Under the pieces are notes generated by a model. That model worked only from the letters and a program-made list of their open reading frames with translations, made no database searches and was not told where the DNA came from. A stretch of 63,799 nucleotides of DNA, counting the filler. It is 11 parts of 11 records of this genome, joined end to end, with 100 filler letters (N's around TTAATTAATTAA, not from the genome) between each part and the next. Parts side by side here need not be neighbours in the genome. Positions count along the whole stretch, not along the records: positions 1 to 12,329 come from SRR15195285_3226; 10 more parts are not named here. One strand, given 5' to 3'. Numbering within the stretch: position 1 is the stretch's first letter; each line of letters begins with the position of its first letter. The translations under genes and the position numbers were made by a program. Positions 1 to 11,873 of this stretch are shown one piece after another.

Positions 1-932
1 AGCTGTGCGTCAGGTGCACTGCTGCAGTAGCAGTGCGCAGAACGCATCGCCAGCGCAGCCATCGTGTCTTGTCTGGTCTTGGTGTGGGTAAAATCGGAGC
101 AGATGGACAGGTTCGGGTAGCACCCGACGACGCGCGACACGAAGTTGGACGGGTGGACTGGTGTCTTGAACACCTCCTTGTCGTCATTCTTCCCCTCGCT
201 TCCCATCCCCGAACTGCCACAGAATCTGAACTCCTTTCTGAAGCTAGTGGTCGTATCTTTGGTCTGATCAGGGCGTGGCCTGCACAGACCTGCTCCGTCG
301 AGCAGATGGTGGGCACGGAGCCTCTAACCACCATGCTGGTCCCACCAGAGACCTCCGCGCCACCTGCACCAGCAATACCGTCCACGCCCAGTGGTTTCAA
401 CCGAGCTGAGCTGGCTTCCTGCGATCAAGGACGAGCTGACAGGAGTGCAGGATTTGGCTGACCTGGCCGAGGTGGGCGCGCTGCTGATTCGCTAGCACCG
501 ACGGCAACCATGTTCGGATCAAGTCATCAACAAATGTGGTGGGTTGTGTCACCTTGCAGTACTCAGACGGCGACGTGCACCCGGCTGTCGCCACGCAGCG
601 CTCGTCTGTGTGCCAGGTGCCACCGATAGCGACAGAGATGGCCTGCTACACCTGAATCAGGGAACCACAATCTAGGGACTGTCAATGTACGGGGACAAAC
701 TGCAGTCGTGTTCAACACCAGTCGTGTGCAATCTCGCTATGGCTTGGGCGAGCAGGTCTCAGTAGTGGAGGGCAGGCATACGGACTGGAGCAAGAGTTCA
801 TCTCTGGCCTCGTGCGATGAGGACTGTGCGAGCTACCACATGTGCTGTTGAGACGGAAGTGCAAGTCAGGCTGCCTAACTTCCCTCATGTAGAATGGTAG
901 GCGCCTGAGAAAAGACGGCGACGCCTGTGCTC

Positions 933-2018
933 TTAAGCCTCACGCGGCTCTCGGGCCGTGCCAATACCTTGGGATGGATCAGCAGCCAAGTACTCCTCCG
1001 CGCTGTAATCTAGACTCTCCGGCTGTGTGCCACCGATTGATCGATCGATCTGATCCAGGGGTACGTATTCCTGGAGGGCATCCAGCCGCTCCTTGCTCTG
1101 TAGAGGTCCACTAATCCATACGACCTTGGACTTCGTCACTTCGTCTATAAACGGCGACGCTGCTTTCCACGCCCCCCAGAAAAGAGTAGGGGCATCGACC
1201 ATCATCGCAACGTGAAGTCGTTCCGGGTAGAAGTCTTGGACAATTTTGATTGTCCACTTCGTGGTTTCGAAGGGCGGAGCGTTGAATAGAGAGTAGCCAT
1301 TGAAGTCGAGCAAAATCGTCCACTTGTCGTCTGGCACACTGCCCCGGCGTGCTTCGATCGCTGCAACAGCCCGCTCAATGTTGTACACGAGGTTAACCAG
1401 GTTGCCACACTTCTTGCCCTTGTTATCAAAAGTCTTCTCGCTGGCGTTCCGCAGCACGATGATAGGTCTGCCGTCGTTGTCAAACCCAGCCACGAACACT
1501 TTGCCGTCCGCTGCCTCAGTCTGTATTGTTGACCAGCAATCTCTCGTTAGTGTATCAACACCAAACTCGGCCCGCCACTGCAACGTGTCTTGCAGTAGCT
1601 GCGCAGCTGCTGCGATGTCGCCTTTCCGCGCCGTGAGATATCTGGCAAGGCAAGCATCATCCAGGAGCGAGAACGAAGTCAATGCCGTTGTGGCGACAGC
1701 ATCAACTCCGAGCACCTCAACGAGGCGCTGGCGCAAGATGTCAATGGGTCGATCAGCCACGGTCTCAGCATCGCTGAGCGCGGCCAAACGACGGGCTCGG
1801 TTCCCATCCGCCACAGCGGCCGCCACCGGTCCATCACCATCGGTCTTCCTGCTGGTGGCCGTGCCGATGCTGCTCCCCAGTACAGTCTTACTCCCCTCGT
1901 CCAGAGAAGCAAGCTCGGCGAGAATGGCCGCCTCCTCCGCCTTGAGCTGTACCAGCTTGTCCGCACTCCTGAGCCGCCCTTCGGCTGGGCTCTGCTGCGG
2001 CTCGGGCTCGGGCTCCAT
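933..2018 (-). CDS. CRAL-TRIO (Sec14-like) lipid-binding protein
   Basis: Intronless ORF from ATG 2018 (MEPEPEP). CRAL-TRIO_N motif DDACLARYLTARKGDIAAAAQLLQDTLQWR, then DNDGRPII, ILLDFNG, QDFYPERL, APTLFWGAWKAASPFIDEVTKSKV and IGG. Confidence 0.92.
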   Translation of the reverse strand: MEPEPEPQQSPAEGRLRSADKLVQLKAEEAAILAELASLDEGSKTVLGSSIGTATSRKTDGDGPVAAAVADGNRARRLAALSDAETVADRPIDILRQRLVEVLGVDAVATTALTSFSLLDDACLARYLTARKGDIAAAAQLLQDTLQWRAEFGVDTLTRDCWSTIQTEAADGKVFVAGFDNDGRPIIVLRNASEKTFDNKGKKCGNLVNLVYNIERAVAAIEARRGSVPDDKWTILLDFNGYSLFNAPPFETTKWTIKIVQDFYPERLHVAMMVDAPTLFWGAWKAASPFIDEVTKSKVVWISGPLQSKERLDALQEYVPLDQIDRSIGGTQPESLDYSAEEYLAADPSQGIGTAREPREA

Positions 2019-2250
2019 CGCAACGCAACTTAGCTTACGTACGTACACGAATCTCGAATGTGTAACCACGCGCGCACCGTGACACAACTAGAGTATACGG
2101 TACCGTATACGTGACTACGTACGCCTGCACGCGACTCGCCGCGTCGCGCGGCGGCGCCGCACTCTTTTTGAATCATTAGTCTCAACTCTTATGTGAGTCC
2201 CCAGTCATGACTCATGTCCATGAAATCTTCCGGCAAGTGTGAGTTCTGGG

Positions 2251-2266
2251 CTCAACCTGGGTACTG
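2251..2266 (+). promoter_or_regulatory. Conserved promoter-region motif copy (CTCAACCTGGGTACTG)
   Basis: Lies between divergent genes (ATG 2018 on minus, ATG 2486 on plus). One mismatch to the AACCTGGGCAC core seen exactly at four other intergenic sites. Confidence 0.6.
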
Positions 2267-2485
2267 CGGATGGCACGAAAACCTCGTTGAAAATGGATGG
2301 AGGAGTTAGTCGGAATTATGTACACAGTATGGAAAAGTCAAACATACACAGGCAACAACTACGAGTTGCGCGTGCATGCAATAATCGGAATCACAAATCA
2401 CGTGCATCCGCTATATCGAAATGCATATGATATATATCGCCGTTTACGATTACGCACGCTCGCCACGCCGCGCAAGGGCAGCGCG

Positions 2486-4509
2486 ATGAGGTTTCCTCTG
2501 CGATGGCTGCTGATGCTTGGGTTGAGGCACTCCGCTGCGCAGGCACCAACCGGTCTGACACAAGCACAAGCAATGGTGCGCAGCGTCTGACGTCCAAATG
2601 CATATGAGTGCAAGAACATCAAGTCACGGGACAACGAAATCCGTCTGTCCGGACTTCGTGTGGTTCTCAGGTTTCGTCCGTCCTTGTTCTGTGTGCGCTG
2701 CAGCTGCTTGATCGGTGGCGGCCCATCGCAGCAGCGCGGCATGTAGCTGCTACACCGCAGCTACTGCGAGAGTTGGACAGTCCTGCATTCCGCAGCAACT
2801 TCAGTGCACTCCTGCCACTGGGATCCTCCGACGTAGCTCTGCCTGCACGGCAGCTGCTTGCACGCGCTGAGGCTCAGTGGAACGTGGCCGAGATTGTGCA
2901 CAACTTTGACCCTCGCCCAGAACCCACTTCGATGAGCTGTGTGAACTGCGTCGATCCAGATCTCGCGATCGCCAGAAACACGACGTTCTGGGTCAATGAC
3001 TGGGAAATGCTGTTGCTGGCCAACACCTCCGATCCGCCGTCGCACCGTGAGCTCCCTACTCGAGACGGATGGCCTACGTTCGCCGCCGATATCGTCTCCG
3101 GCTGGCTAGGTGGTGCGTCTATTGCCGAGGCATGGGGTGGCTATCCTGCGTTCACGGGGCCATCATTCGAAGCCGGATTTGACGGCTGGCCTGCAACGCT
3201 ATCAGAAGCTGCAGAACGGCCGATCTACACGGTGGTCAATCAACGCCGTTCCGCGGCTGGTGCAACATACTTTGGCCCGGTCGGCATCGTTTTCAACCGC
3301 ACGTGGGCACGGCAGAGAACGTTGGTTGCTGCGTTGGACACGGGAGAGATGGAAGGGCGCTGCAACACAACCTGGCAAGAAGCTATGTGTGGTGCTCCAG
3401 CTGCCCAATTCAACAGCACTGTGTGCCATGAACGGACATGGTTCTGCGGTTGGGATGCCACAGCAAGACGTTGTGGCGTTGGAGCAGCCAAGCAGCCCGT
3501 CGCTCCTCTGTGCACGGCGGCGGAAGATGCGGGGATGGGTGAGCTGCGAGAGCAATTGCGGTTCAAATGGATTTTGTTGTCAGACAGGTCAGACCTAATC
3601 ACATGGCCTTCGTGCGTGTGCGCATAGGGCTGGTTGGTGCGTGGAATCATCTGGTTCTTCCCAACGCAATGATGTTCGACGGAATGAATGTTGCTAGGTC
3701 TCTTGTAAGTGACTCAACGTGTCGACTGGTCGCGCCGCGTCTTGTTGCTCCGTACTAGCATTATCGGATTGCATAAATCTATCAAACACACTGCTAACTG
3801 GTTAAGCGATTTCCACTGCACAACAGGCGGTACTGTTTGCTCGGAGTCTTGGGCATCCTGTCAACGTGCGCTCTACACGTGTTGTGTGATCTACCGTTCA
3901 CGGTAGTACGCTCTTGTCACTGCGCTGTGAAGCTATGTGGAGGGAACCGAATCATCAATGACCCAGTCTGACTAGAATGCTCATTGGATTGTTGCGTTCC
4001 AGGTGACTACATTTGATCTGTTTCACTACTGGGAGGGCCAGGTGATGGGTAGCACTGCAGGCCGCGCTTACAGCTCGGATGCCATCAGCTTCCTCATTGT
4101 TGGCTTTGAGCTGTTTGGCACCAGTCTTGGCGAAGAGACACGATCATGGGCACTGCAATTTGGCTGGCCTGTGTTGTGGTGCGAGCCGCTGCCTTCAGAG
4201 GGGCATCAGTGGGCGCGGAATGAACTAGGCGCGATCGACGGCCGCGTGCTCGACTTGCCGTCCATGCACACGGTGAACCGCACTGCGACACCGCACGAGC
4301 TCGCATCATTTGACAAGCTATGGAAAGAAGTGGGAAGTGTTGCAGGAACTCTGAGTGACAGTCAACTTAGAGCGTTCTGGAAGCAGCTGGAGGGCATTGT
4401 AGGGCTGGAAAAGCGTGTGGAAAGTTTGCGCGCAGGGCGATGTGAGGCGCATGAAGGGTGCCTAGGCATCTCAGCAGACGGCGATTGTGTGTGCAAGCGC
4501 TACATGTGA
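2486..4509 (+). CDS. Secreted protein with DUF3626-like domain (5 exons)
   Basis: Exons 2486-2575, 2704-3538, 3628-3704, 3827-3865 and 4003-4509 join in frame via GT-AG introns. Signal-peptide-like N-terminus MRFPLRWLLMLGLRHSAA. Motifs IVHNFDP, AERPIYTVVN..AGATYFG..IVF..RT..DTG and YWEGQVMG. Confidence 0.65.
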
Positions 4510-4650
4510 AGAATGGGGCACTGGCGACCGTTGTATGTAAAATCTTGAAATGCAGACTTTGATGCAAAAATATTTCACACAGACATCCATCCACCTACAA
4601 CGCTGCGCCCACCACTGGCAGCGCAATGATTGTCTAGTCATTGAAGTAAG

Positions 4651-5899
4651 TCAGTCACCCCATGGCGCGTGCGTGGCTGCCTCCGGTCCTGGGCTCCCTT
4701 CTGTATCGCTTGAGTAAAACCAGCTTGAGTCGAAGACAAAATCTAGCTCGCCATTCTTTCCACCGTGCCCGGCGGCCAAGTGCAGGCTGCAAAAGTCTGC
4801 GTGGCCACCTGGGGCAGCCTCGTCAGCCCTGCCCCCGGGCTTGTGGAACATTTCATAGCTGGGCCACAGATGGCGGCTTTTAGAGTGCTGGCAATACGAA
4901 ATGTCAGTGAAGTATCGCGGCTGGCTGCCCTCACCACCAGGCATCGCACGGCGCCCATGCACCAGCGCGGAGTTCACAATAACCACGCTGCCTGGCGGAA
5001 GTGGAATTTCAGAGCCAAAGCTCAACGAACCCGGCAATGGTTTTTGCTGGAAGAGGTCGCCCATTAAATTCTTATCCATCACTGTCTTGTGCGAACCTGG
5101 CAGCAGAATCAGGTCGCCGATCTCACCTGTCAAGCCGTGCAGGTATACAAAAGCGTGGCACATGAGCAGCCTCCTCTCAACCTGCGGGTATGCCTCATAA
5201 TCATGGTGCCTGGGACACAGCATGCATGGGGCGAGCGTCAGTGGTGATACTGGCAGCTGCGCGCGGATGTCTGCGACTGCAATGCAATATGTGAAGGTTG
5301 GTAGGGTATTACCAATTCGAACCCGTATCGCCTGGCAAAGACCGTAGCGCGTGCTGGTGATGTAGCGAGAACGTAGGTAGCGCGTCCGGGTTCACATTAC
5401 AGTTGGCTTCCATCAACGCAGCTATGTGTGCAACCAGCGGCGGGTAGGTCGAGAGTGCGCCAAGTACGGGCGACTCCGTCGGCTGGGATAGGCGTGCGGT
5501 CGAGCTTGCCTCGAACTCCCCGGTCTCTGACCCATGCCACTCGGAGAAGCCAGCCTGCTGAATGTAGTCGTTGAAATCCCGCTCAAGCGCGGCGATGTGT
5601 TCGCCCGATAGCAGTGCGGGACAAACCGTATATCCTTCCTCGTGGAACGCTGCAACCGCTTGCACGCGGTCTAAGTCGGCAGTTCTGTCTCCTTCCGCAC
5701 TGCTAGTGGCTGCTGCTCCACATGCACTCATGCCACCTTCCACGCTGCTAGTGGCTGCTGCTCCACATGCAGCACGCACGGAGGATCGCGGACCTGCTGG
5801 CACCCGCGGCTGAGATGACTCGATGTACACATCTCTCAGGGCAGTGGAGCAACACCTCAAACGGCGGGCCGCTGATCTGCCTATCGGCGTGTGCGACAT
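4651..5899 (-). CDS. Phytanoyl-CoA dioxygenase (PhyH)-family Fe(II)/2OG oxygenase
   Basis: Intron 5210-5312 joins W|HHD to give the HxD motif. Also F.EEGY.V, LILLPGSHK, PGSVVIVNSALVHGR and a distal R. N-terminus resembles a transit peptide. Confidence 0.85.
5690..5771. repeat. Short tandem duplication (45-nt period) within PhyH coding sequence
   Basis: tgctagtggctgctgctccacatgca occurs twice and encodes ACGAAATSS twice. Confidence 0.8.
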
Positions 5900-6096
5900 G
5901 AGCCTGGACCCTGCCGCCTCCGGTGGTCGCCAGCGTGGCTCAAAGGCGCCGCGCGCGCGGCGCATTCGTCATTATTTTTGTCTCCGCCGTGTATCCCCTA
6001 CCGTACTATATATACCTTTACCTACGCGATACGACATACGAGTTTCTCATACATCCAGTGTCGACCTGTACCTTTGAAGGTCCTTAGAAGACCATC

Positions 6097-6112
6097 CTGT
6101 GCCCAGGTTGAG
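6097..6112 (-). promoter_or_regulatory. Conserved promoter-region motif copy (CTCAACCTGGGCACAG)
   Basis: Reverse complement of ctgtgcccaggttgag. Lies between divergent PhyH (ATG 5899) and GH28 (ATG 6333). Confidence 0.65.
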
Positions 6113-6332
6113 GGAACACGGCGCGGCGTTCAACACGCGCGCACGCGCGCCGCGGGCGGAGCGCGGGAGATCAACATCTCTATCATCTACCGCTCCATAT
6201 CATAAGGTACAGTAGAGCGCGCGCGATCGCGAGGCGCGCGCCCGCGCGGCGCCGCGCCGCGTGGCGGGCGCGCGCTGGACTGAACCACGCCTCCTCGCTC
6301 GCCGTACGCAGTCGGTCCGTGGTCTCTGCCAT

Positions 6333-8004
6333 ATGCTCGCACACTCACTTACGCTGTTCGTCGCGGTCGCTGGGTGGCGTGCCCATCCGTCGTATGGCGC
6401 ATTACCACCTGGGCCTGGACCGTTCGGCTCCGATGTCATGCCCCAGCCCGTTCCAGGGGCAGCGCGCGCTCTGAGCGAAAATGGGTGGAAAGAGGGGAAG
6501 CTCTGTGATGTGACCAAGCCCCCGTACAGATTCCGATGAAGTGTCTTGGAATTTTGTGCGAATGCTTAGGGTGCTGCTCATGCTTTTTGTTCACTGACGG
6601 CGCAGGTACTCGGTGGTGAGTGGCAAGAACTCGACCGCAATCCTGCAGCGCGCCATCGACGATTGCGGTGACCTTCCCGGGGGAGGGACTGTGCTCGTAC
6701 CGTCCGGCCTCACGCTGCTCACAGGCAGTGTATTCATGCGGTCCAACCTCACGTTACGGGTGGAGATCGGCGCCACGCTGCTGGGAACTGCCACCGGAGA
6801 CACGAAAACGCCGGAGTCGATTGACGACGCCCCTATGGTATACGCTCGACGCAACTGCTACATGACTGACACCCACGCAGGGTTTATCAATGGGGCGAAG
6901 TGCTTGCGCAAGAAGTCGCCTTTGGTCGGCTGGGACGACTGTGCTGAGTGGGGGAAGTTGCACAACGTGGTTATTGAGGGTGGTGGCACACTCGATGCGC
7001 AAGCCAGCGACTGGTACGAAGTATGGGGCAAAAAGTACCCCAAACTTCAGAATCTGGGCCGGCCAATGATGTTGGACCTAATGTGGGTGAATGGCCTGAC
7101 CATCCGCGACATGATCATTCGTAGGCCAGGGTACTGGACTGTCCACCCAACGTTCTCCAACAACGTCCGGGTTACTGGCAACGACATCCTGACGACGGGC
7201 TCAAATACGGACGGATGCGACCCCGATAGCTCGTGGAACGTCTACATTGCGAACAACACGTTCAGCACAGGTGATGACTGTATTGCGATCAAGTCAGGCA
7301 AGGATTGGTCCGGCCGTATGGTGAATATTAGCACGACAAACGTGTTGGCCGAGCAGAACTATTTCCTCAAAGGTCATGGGGTTTCGATCGGTAATCATTC
7401 ACTAATCGTTAGCAGCATCTACGGCGCGTTAATGCAAGTCTAACAATAGCTGTGGCGCGCCAATGAAACAGGCTCAGAAACATCAGGATGGATTCGAAAT
7501 GTCACGATCCGCGATTCGAAGCTTCACGGTACAAACTTGGCGGTTCGCATCAAGACAATGCGGGGCAGGGGCGGTGGCGTCGAAGACGTGCTGTATGAGA
7601 ACCTGGAGGGCTCTGTGATTGCAGGGATACAGCTGACCGAGAACTACGCAAAGGGGACCAAACCAACGAACGCTTCTGCGACCCCAGGTGTGTAGTGCAA
7701 CGAAGGCCTTCCAAGGAGAGCTTTTAAACGTGATTGTTCTTGCTATGCTGTGCGATGGTGGTCAGCGTTGCGTCGGATTACATTGCGGAATATCGCGGTC
7801 ACTACCACCAAGGGCGAAATTTCGGAGACCGGTCAAGCCAGGGAGGACGGCGGAAGCCTGTGGTTGCAGTGCGACGGCATTCCAGAAAGTTTGATTACTG
7901 GTATCACTTTCGAGAACGTGACAGTACACGGCTCCAGCAAGCAGGAGTGTACAGCGTGCAAGATAGATGCAGACGCTACGTCTAAGCCGCAGCCAAAATG
8001 TTAA
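6333..8004 (+). CDS. Glycoside hydrolase family 28 (polygalacturonase-like), secreted
   Basis: Exons 6333-6523, 6606-7390, 7472-7687 and 7766-8004. GH28 catalytic motifs NTDG, GDDCIAIKSG, GHGVSIG|SE and VRIK(T). Signal peptide present. Confidence 0.93.
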
Positions 8005-8118
8005 GCGAATTCGGACGCGCCCCACAAGCTCTCGCCCACCGTGTATCAGACTAGCAGAGAGTGTGGCGAACACTGTAGATGAGTATGGCGACGTGTGAAT
8101 AGCATTGCAACACATTCA

Positions 8119-11063
8119 TTACCGGCCGCCTCCGCCCACGGCGCGCACATTTGGACCGTTTCGAGTGCGTCCACCGACCGCAAATCCAGCCGGTCGTGGT
8201 CTTGGCGCAGCATAGCCTCCCGCACTACCACTCGGCGGTGGACGGGGGGGAGGTGGCGATGGCTTCTTCTCCTCTCCATACTGATTATCGGCATCATCGT
8301 AATGAACGGTCAAAGAGTTGGCGTCGTCTGACTCGCTGTCGTTTGCATCGTCTGCATCTACTCCCTCGCTGCCCGGCGCTGGCGGCATGGGCGTCAGCAG
8401 CCGCATCATAGATCTGATAACTGGTAGTGCCTGTTGCCCCGAAGATACATCATTAAGACGTCAGCATGTGTGGCACAGAGGCCAGGCGTGGAGTGTTCAA
8501 TACATAGTGGTGCTCTAACAAACGCAGAAAAGCAAGGTGCTGCGCGCACAAGATGGGCAGGGAGCTCGTCTGAGTCAAAGATGTCCACTGCGGCACCGCC
8601 TAGGCGCAATCTCGCTGCTTCGTCTTGTGCTGCTTCTGCTTGCCACTCATCTGCACCTGAGCCTTCCGCACCAAGCTGTATATCTACTTGCTTGGGAATC
8701 AGCACATAGTGTGGAAACCCTGCGCCGGGAACCCCCTGCCACGACGACAAACGGTTGTACACGTAAGCTCCTCCTAGCGGAAAGCAAACAGTCGCATATT
8801 CAGGGTACTCACCGAGGGTCCGAGCTCACGGCAGAGCTCTCCCATCACAGCATCGGTACAGTCCACGATGCCGACGCGCATTCCCCCGCCTGCAGGAGCA
8901 CTCGCATCCCAAGGTGCTTCTATGGCCGCTAAATCCCCAGCAAGCCGAAGAATATTTGGTTTCGCGGCGTTGCAGCTACAGCACGACAGATGGTTCAAAA
9001 TACACCTGGAAACAACGCTGGCTTTTGAATCGCACCTCTGGCAGCGCGCAGCGTCATGCCCTGCTACGCAAAGCAGAAGCCAGGATCCAGGCCAGGAGAT
9101 AAGCTGGTCACGTCCGCTGAGCACGCCCTCTTGCGCTGCTGCTGCCGCCACCGATCCACCTCCAAGCATATGCGCAAATCCAGGTGCAAAAGGAGGTAGC
9201 ACGTCACGAACCCACTCCACAATATCCTCGCCCATGGCATCTTTCGGCTTCCCGAGCTCCTTGAGCCGGTCCTTTGGGTACTCCTCTGACCACTCGTAAC
9301 GGGGCGAGTAAAGCAGGAACTTCGGAAAAGACTTGATGCCTTGTGCACTGCAAAGCTCATGCGCCTTGTCACAGTTGACCGCGCCAAACTCCACAACGCC
9401 ATCTAATGCAACAGCCGCACTGATCGGCACACACAGCTTGTCAATGCTTTACCTTTCGGGCTGCATCAGTGTATCAAGCAATCAACAAAGAATAGACGGC
9501 CGCGTCATCGGTCTCACCGCTTGAACTGCGGGACGGACCGCATGCAATGAGAACACCACGGAGCGTAGAACTCCACCATCCAAAGTGCCTCCTCAGATGC
9601 TGTACCCCTGTCATCATGACAGTAGGTAAATATCACATGTAATCACGGCACTGATGTGCGTATGGGATGCACGGCAGACAACGGACCGGCTGACGCCGCG
9701 CTTGTTCCATAGCGTGCTGTCCAGATTTGTCACGTACTCCTCGCCACTGTAGAAATCCTTTGTTGCTTGCTTCCCAGACATCTTGTACTCGTGCCTGTTC
9801 CCAGTTGTGTGTCAAAAGATTTGTGAGAGAAGGAGGATCTGTCCTCTCTGGCTGGGTGGCTGGCTCGCTGCATTTGTCTTCCAACTAGGCATGAATGCTT
9901 TGGATACCAGCTGTCGAAGCCAGCACCCGCAGCCTCATCCGCCATGTCACCTTGGACTCCAAAATCGTCAAATGCCGCTCGCCGGTCTGGATTCCCGATG
10001 ATCTCATAAGCGGCGGCCACTTCGACGAACTGTCAGGCAAATGTTGCTTTTTGAGTACAAGAGACAAATCTTTTTGGCGGCACGCCGTACCTTTTCAGAC
10101 GCGCTCTGGTCGCCAACGTTCTTGTCAGGATGGTGCTGCAGCGATAGGGCACGGAAGGCCTTTCGAATCGCTCCAGATGTGGCATCCTTGGGGACTCCCA
10201 GCACCGCATATGGATTAGTCTGGCTGGATCCAGTTGCTTCAGTTCGTGGCGGTGGCGGTGGCGGCGGCGCACGAGGAGGAAGAGGAGGAGAAGGAGGAGG
10301 TGATGGCGGGGGCGGAGGTGGCGGCGGCGGCGAAGGAGGTGGTGGCGGCGATGGTGGCGGAATCTGGGAATAATGTGTCCGCTGCGCCGGTGGAACATCG
10401 GATGTTGATGGCGATTGATTGGCAGCATTTGATGCTCCACCACCATCGGGTGGCAGTGCTGCAACACGCATTTGGTACCATTCGGTCAGCATCAGCTTCG
10501 CGCCAACAACATCATCTTTAAGCAGCTCAGGTATCTTCAAGCACTCGGCCACCGCCCGATACAGAGCACTGGGATTCCGCTCGCTCCTGCAGCAGTGACA
10601 GGAACCAGCGACAAGAAGGCGGCGTACGCGGTGAGCACGCACGCAGACGGATTCGCGGACGAGCAGCAGATTTGCGGCTGCGCACGTACACGATTCGGAT
10701 GCCGTCCAGGCTCAGGCTGCTCCACCACTGCTTCCTGTTGGGGTATGCGCAATCCATTGTGTCTACGTCGACACTGCCGTACCGTTCCACCGCCCTTTGC
10801 AGCCGCGGGCGCAACGATGGCACATCGCGCTCCGTCAGCCGCCCCGCTGCGTCCGGTGCACCGACCTCAAGCGCCGTACAGAGTAGCACGTACACTTTAA
10901 ATATACCAAGGATGCAGTTCAGGCAGAAGCTCGCGCGCCTCCGTACCCCGCAGCCACTTGTGTGCGGCCGGTCGAACATGGCCGCTCGTGCAGCGTAGAC
11001 TTGATTGCTACATCCACTGCTGGAACTTCTACGTGGTCGAGCAGCGGCGCTGAGGCGATTCAT
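8119..11063 (-). CDS. DnaJ-domain plus thioredoxin-fold protein (ERdj5/DNAJC16-like), multi-exon
   Basis: J-domain NPYAVLGV...HHPDKN (~10120-10220) continued by AAAYEIIGNPDRRAAFD. Trx domain WMVEFYAPWCSHC (~9540-9590) and GAVNC..LC...GIKSFP. A second Trx-like segment VGIVDC..LC follows. Start codon and some exon boundaries are uncertain. Confidence 0.82.
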
Positions 11064-11382
11064 TTCGTCATACTCAGTGAAATAGCAAAACTATCCAATG
11101 TAATGAACCCGCGCGCAGCAGCTGCAGGGGTCCGACTTCGACGCTGAGCACGGCACTGCCGCGTCAACGAACGAACGCACGCACGCCGGCGCGCTGTTCG
11201 TTCCGCGCCATCTCTAGCTATATAGTAAGGGCCCGCCGGCGTGCGGCGATAGATCGATGCGCGACCACATATATAAATATATGCGCAGGCACGCGTGCAT
11301 GTATTGAATATCATACCTGTACACGAACCTACTAGTACAGCTGTACCGGTACGTGTAGGATCCTACGGCGCTCTCGTCATCG

Positions 11383-11398
11383 CTCGAGCTGGGTACTC
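11383..11398 (+). promoter_or_regulatory. Degenerate promoter-region motif copy (CTCGAGCTGGGTACTC)
   Basis: Lies between divergent genes. Several mismatches to consensus, so it may be a chance match. Confidence 0.3.
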
Positions 11399-11873
11399 CG
11401 GGCCTGGAGTAACCAATCTGATTTATATATAATCTCGAAATCTACTGAGCATTTGTTCGAATTCATTGACATATCTTTGTATCAGAACAAATGCGAATCA
11501 TCATTCTAGCAAGTACGAAATTCACTGTCTGGTTGTCCGTTCGTCTCGACTGCCGGAAACTGGTAATCGACGAATGGGAAAATCCGTTGCAGAATGTGCA
11601 CAATCTTCAGTTTGCAAATGCAGAAAAAATACTCTCGCAGAGTGTGTACACACAGCATTTGGTACAGGCACGCGTGTACACCTGCCTGTACGAAATGTAG
11701 ATATGTATAGGTAATATATAGCGCACGCGCGTGGGACTCCCGGCGACGACGCGCGCGTGCCGGCCGCACGCGTGGCGCGACGGACGGGACGGAGACGCAG
11801 GAGGTGTACGGTGCTTCTGTCCGCTAGCCGGGTGAGTGACGGAGAGATGTACTGCGGTACACCGCCGACCAGG

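Noticed and set aside
1-900. Possible partial gene at window start (a minus-strand frame is open from ~323 to the edge; ORF 33-461 on plus)
   Set aside because: No recognisable motif, and several frames are open in GC-rich DNA, so I cannot choose a strand or product.
1300-2082. Long antisense or alternate-frame ORFs (e.g. 1300-2082, 35203-35979, 14780-15502, 62743-63705)
   Set aside because: They are shadows of GC-rich coding sequence on the other strand or frame and show no independent motifs.
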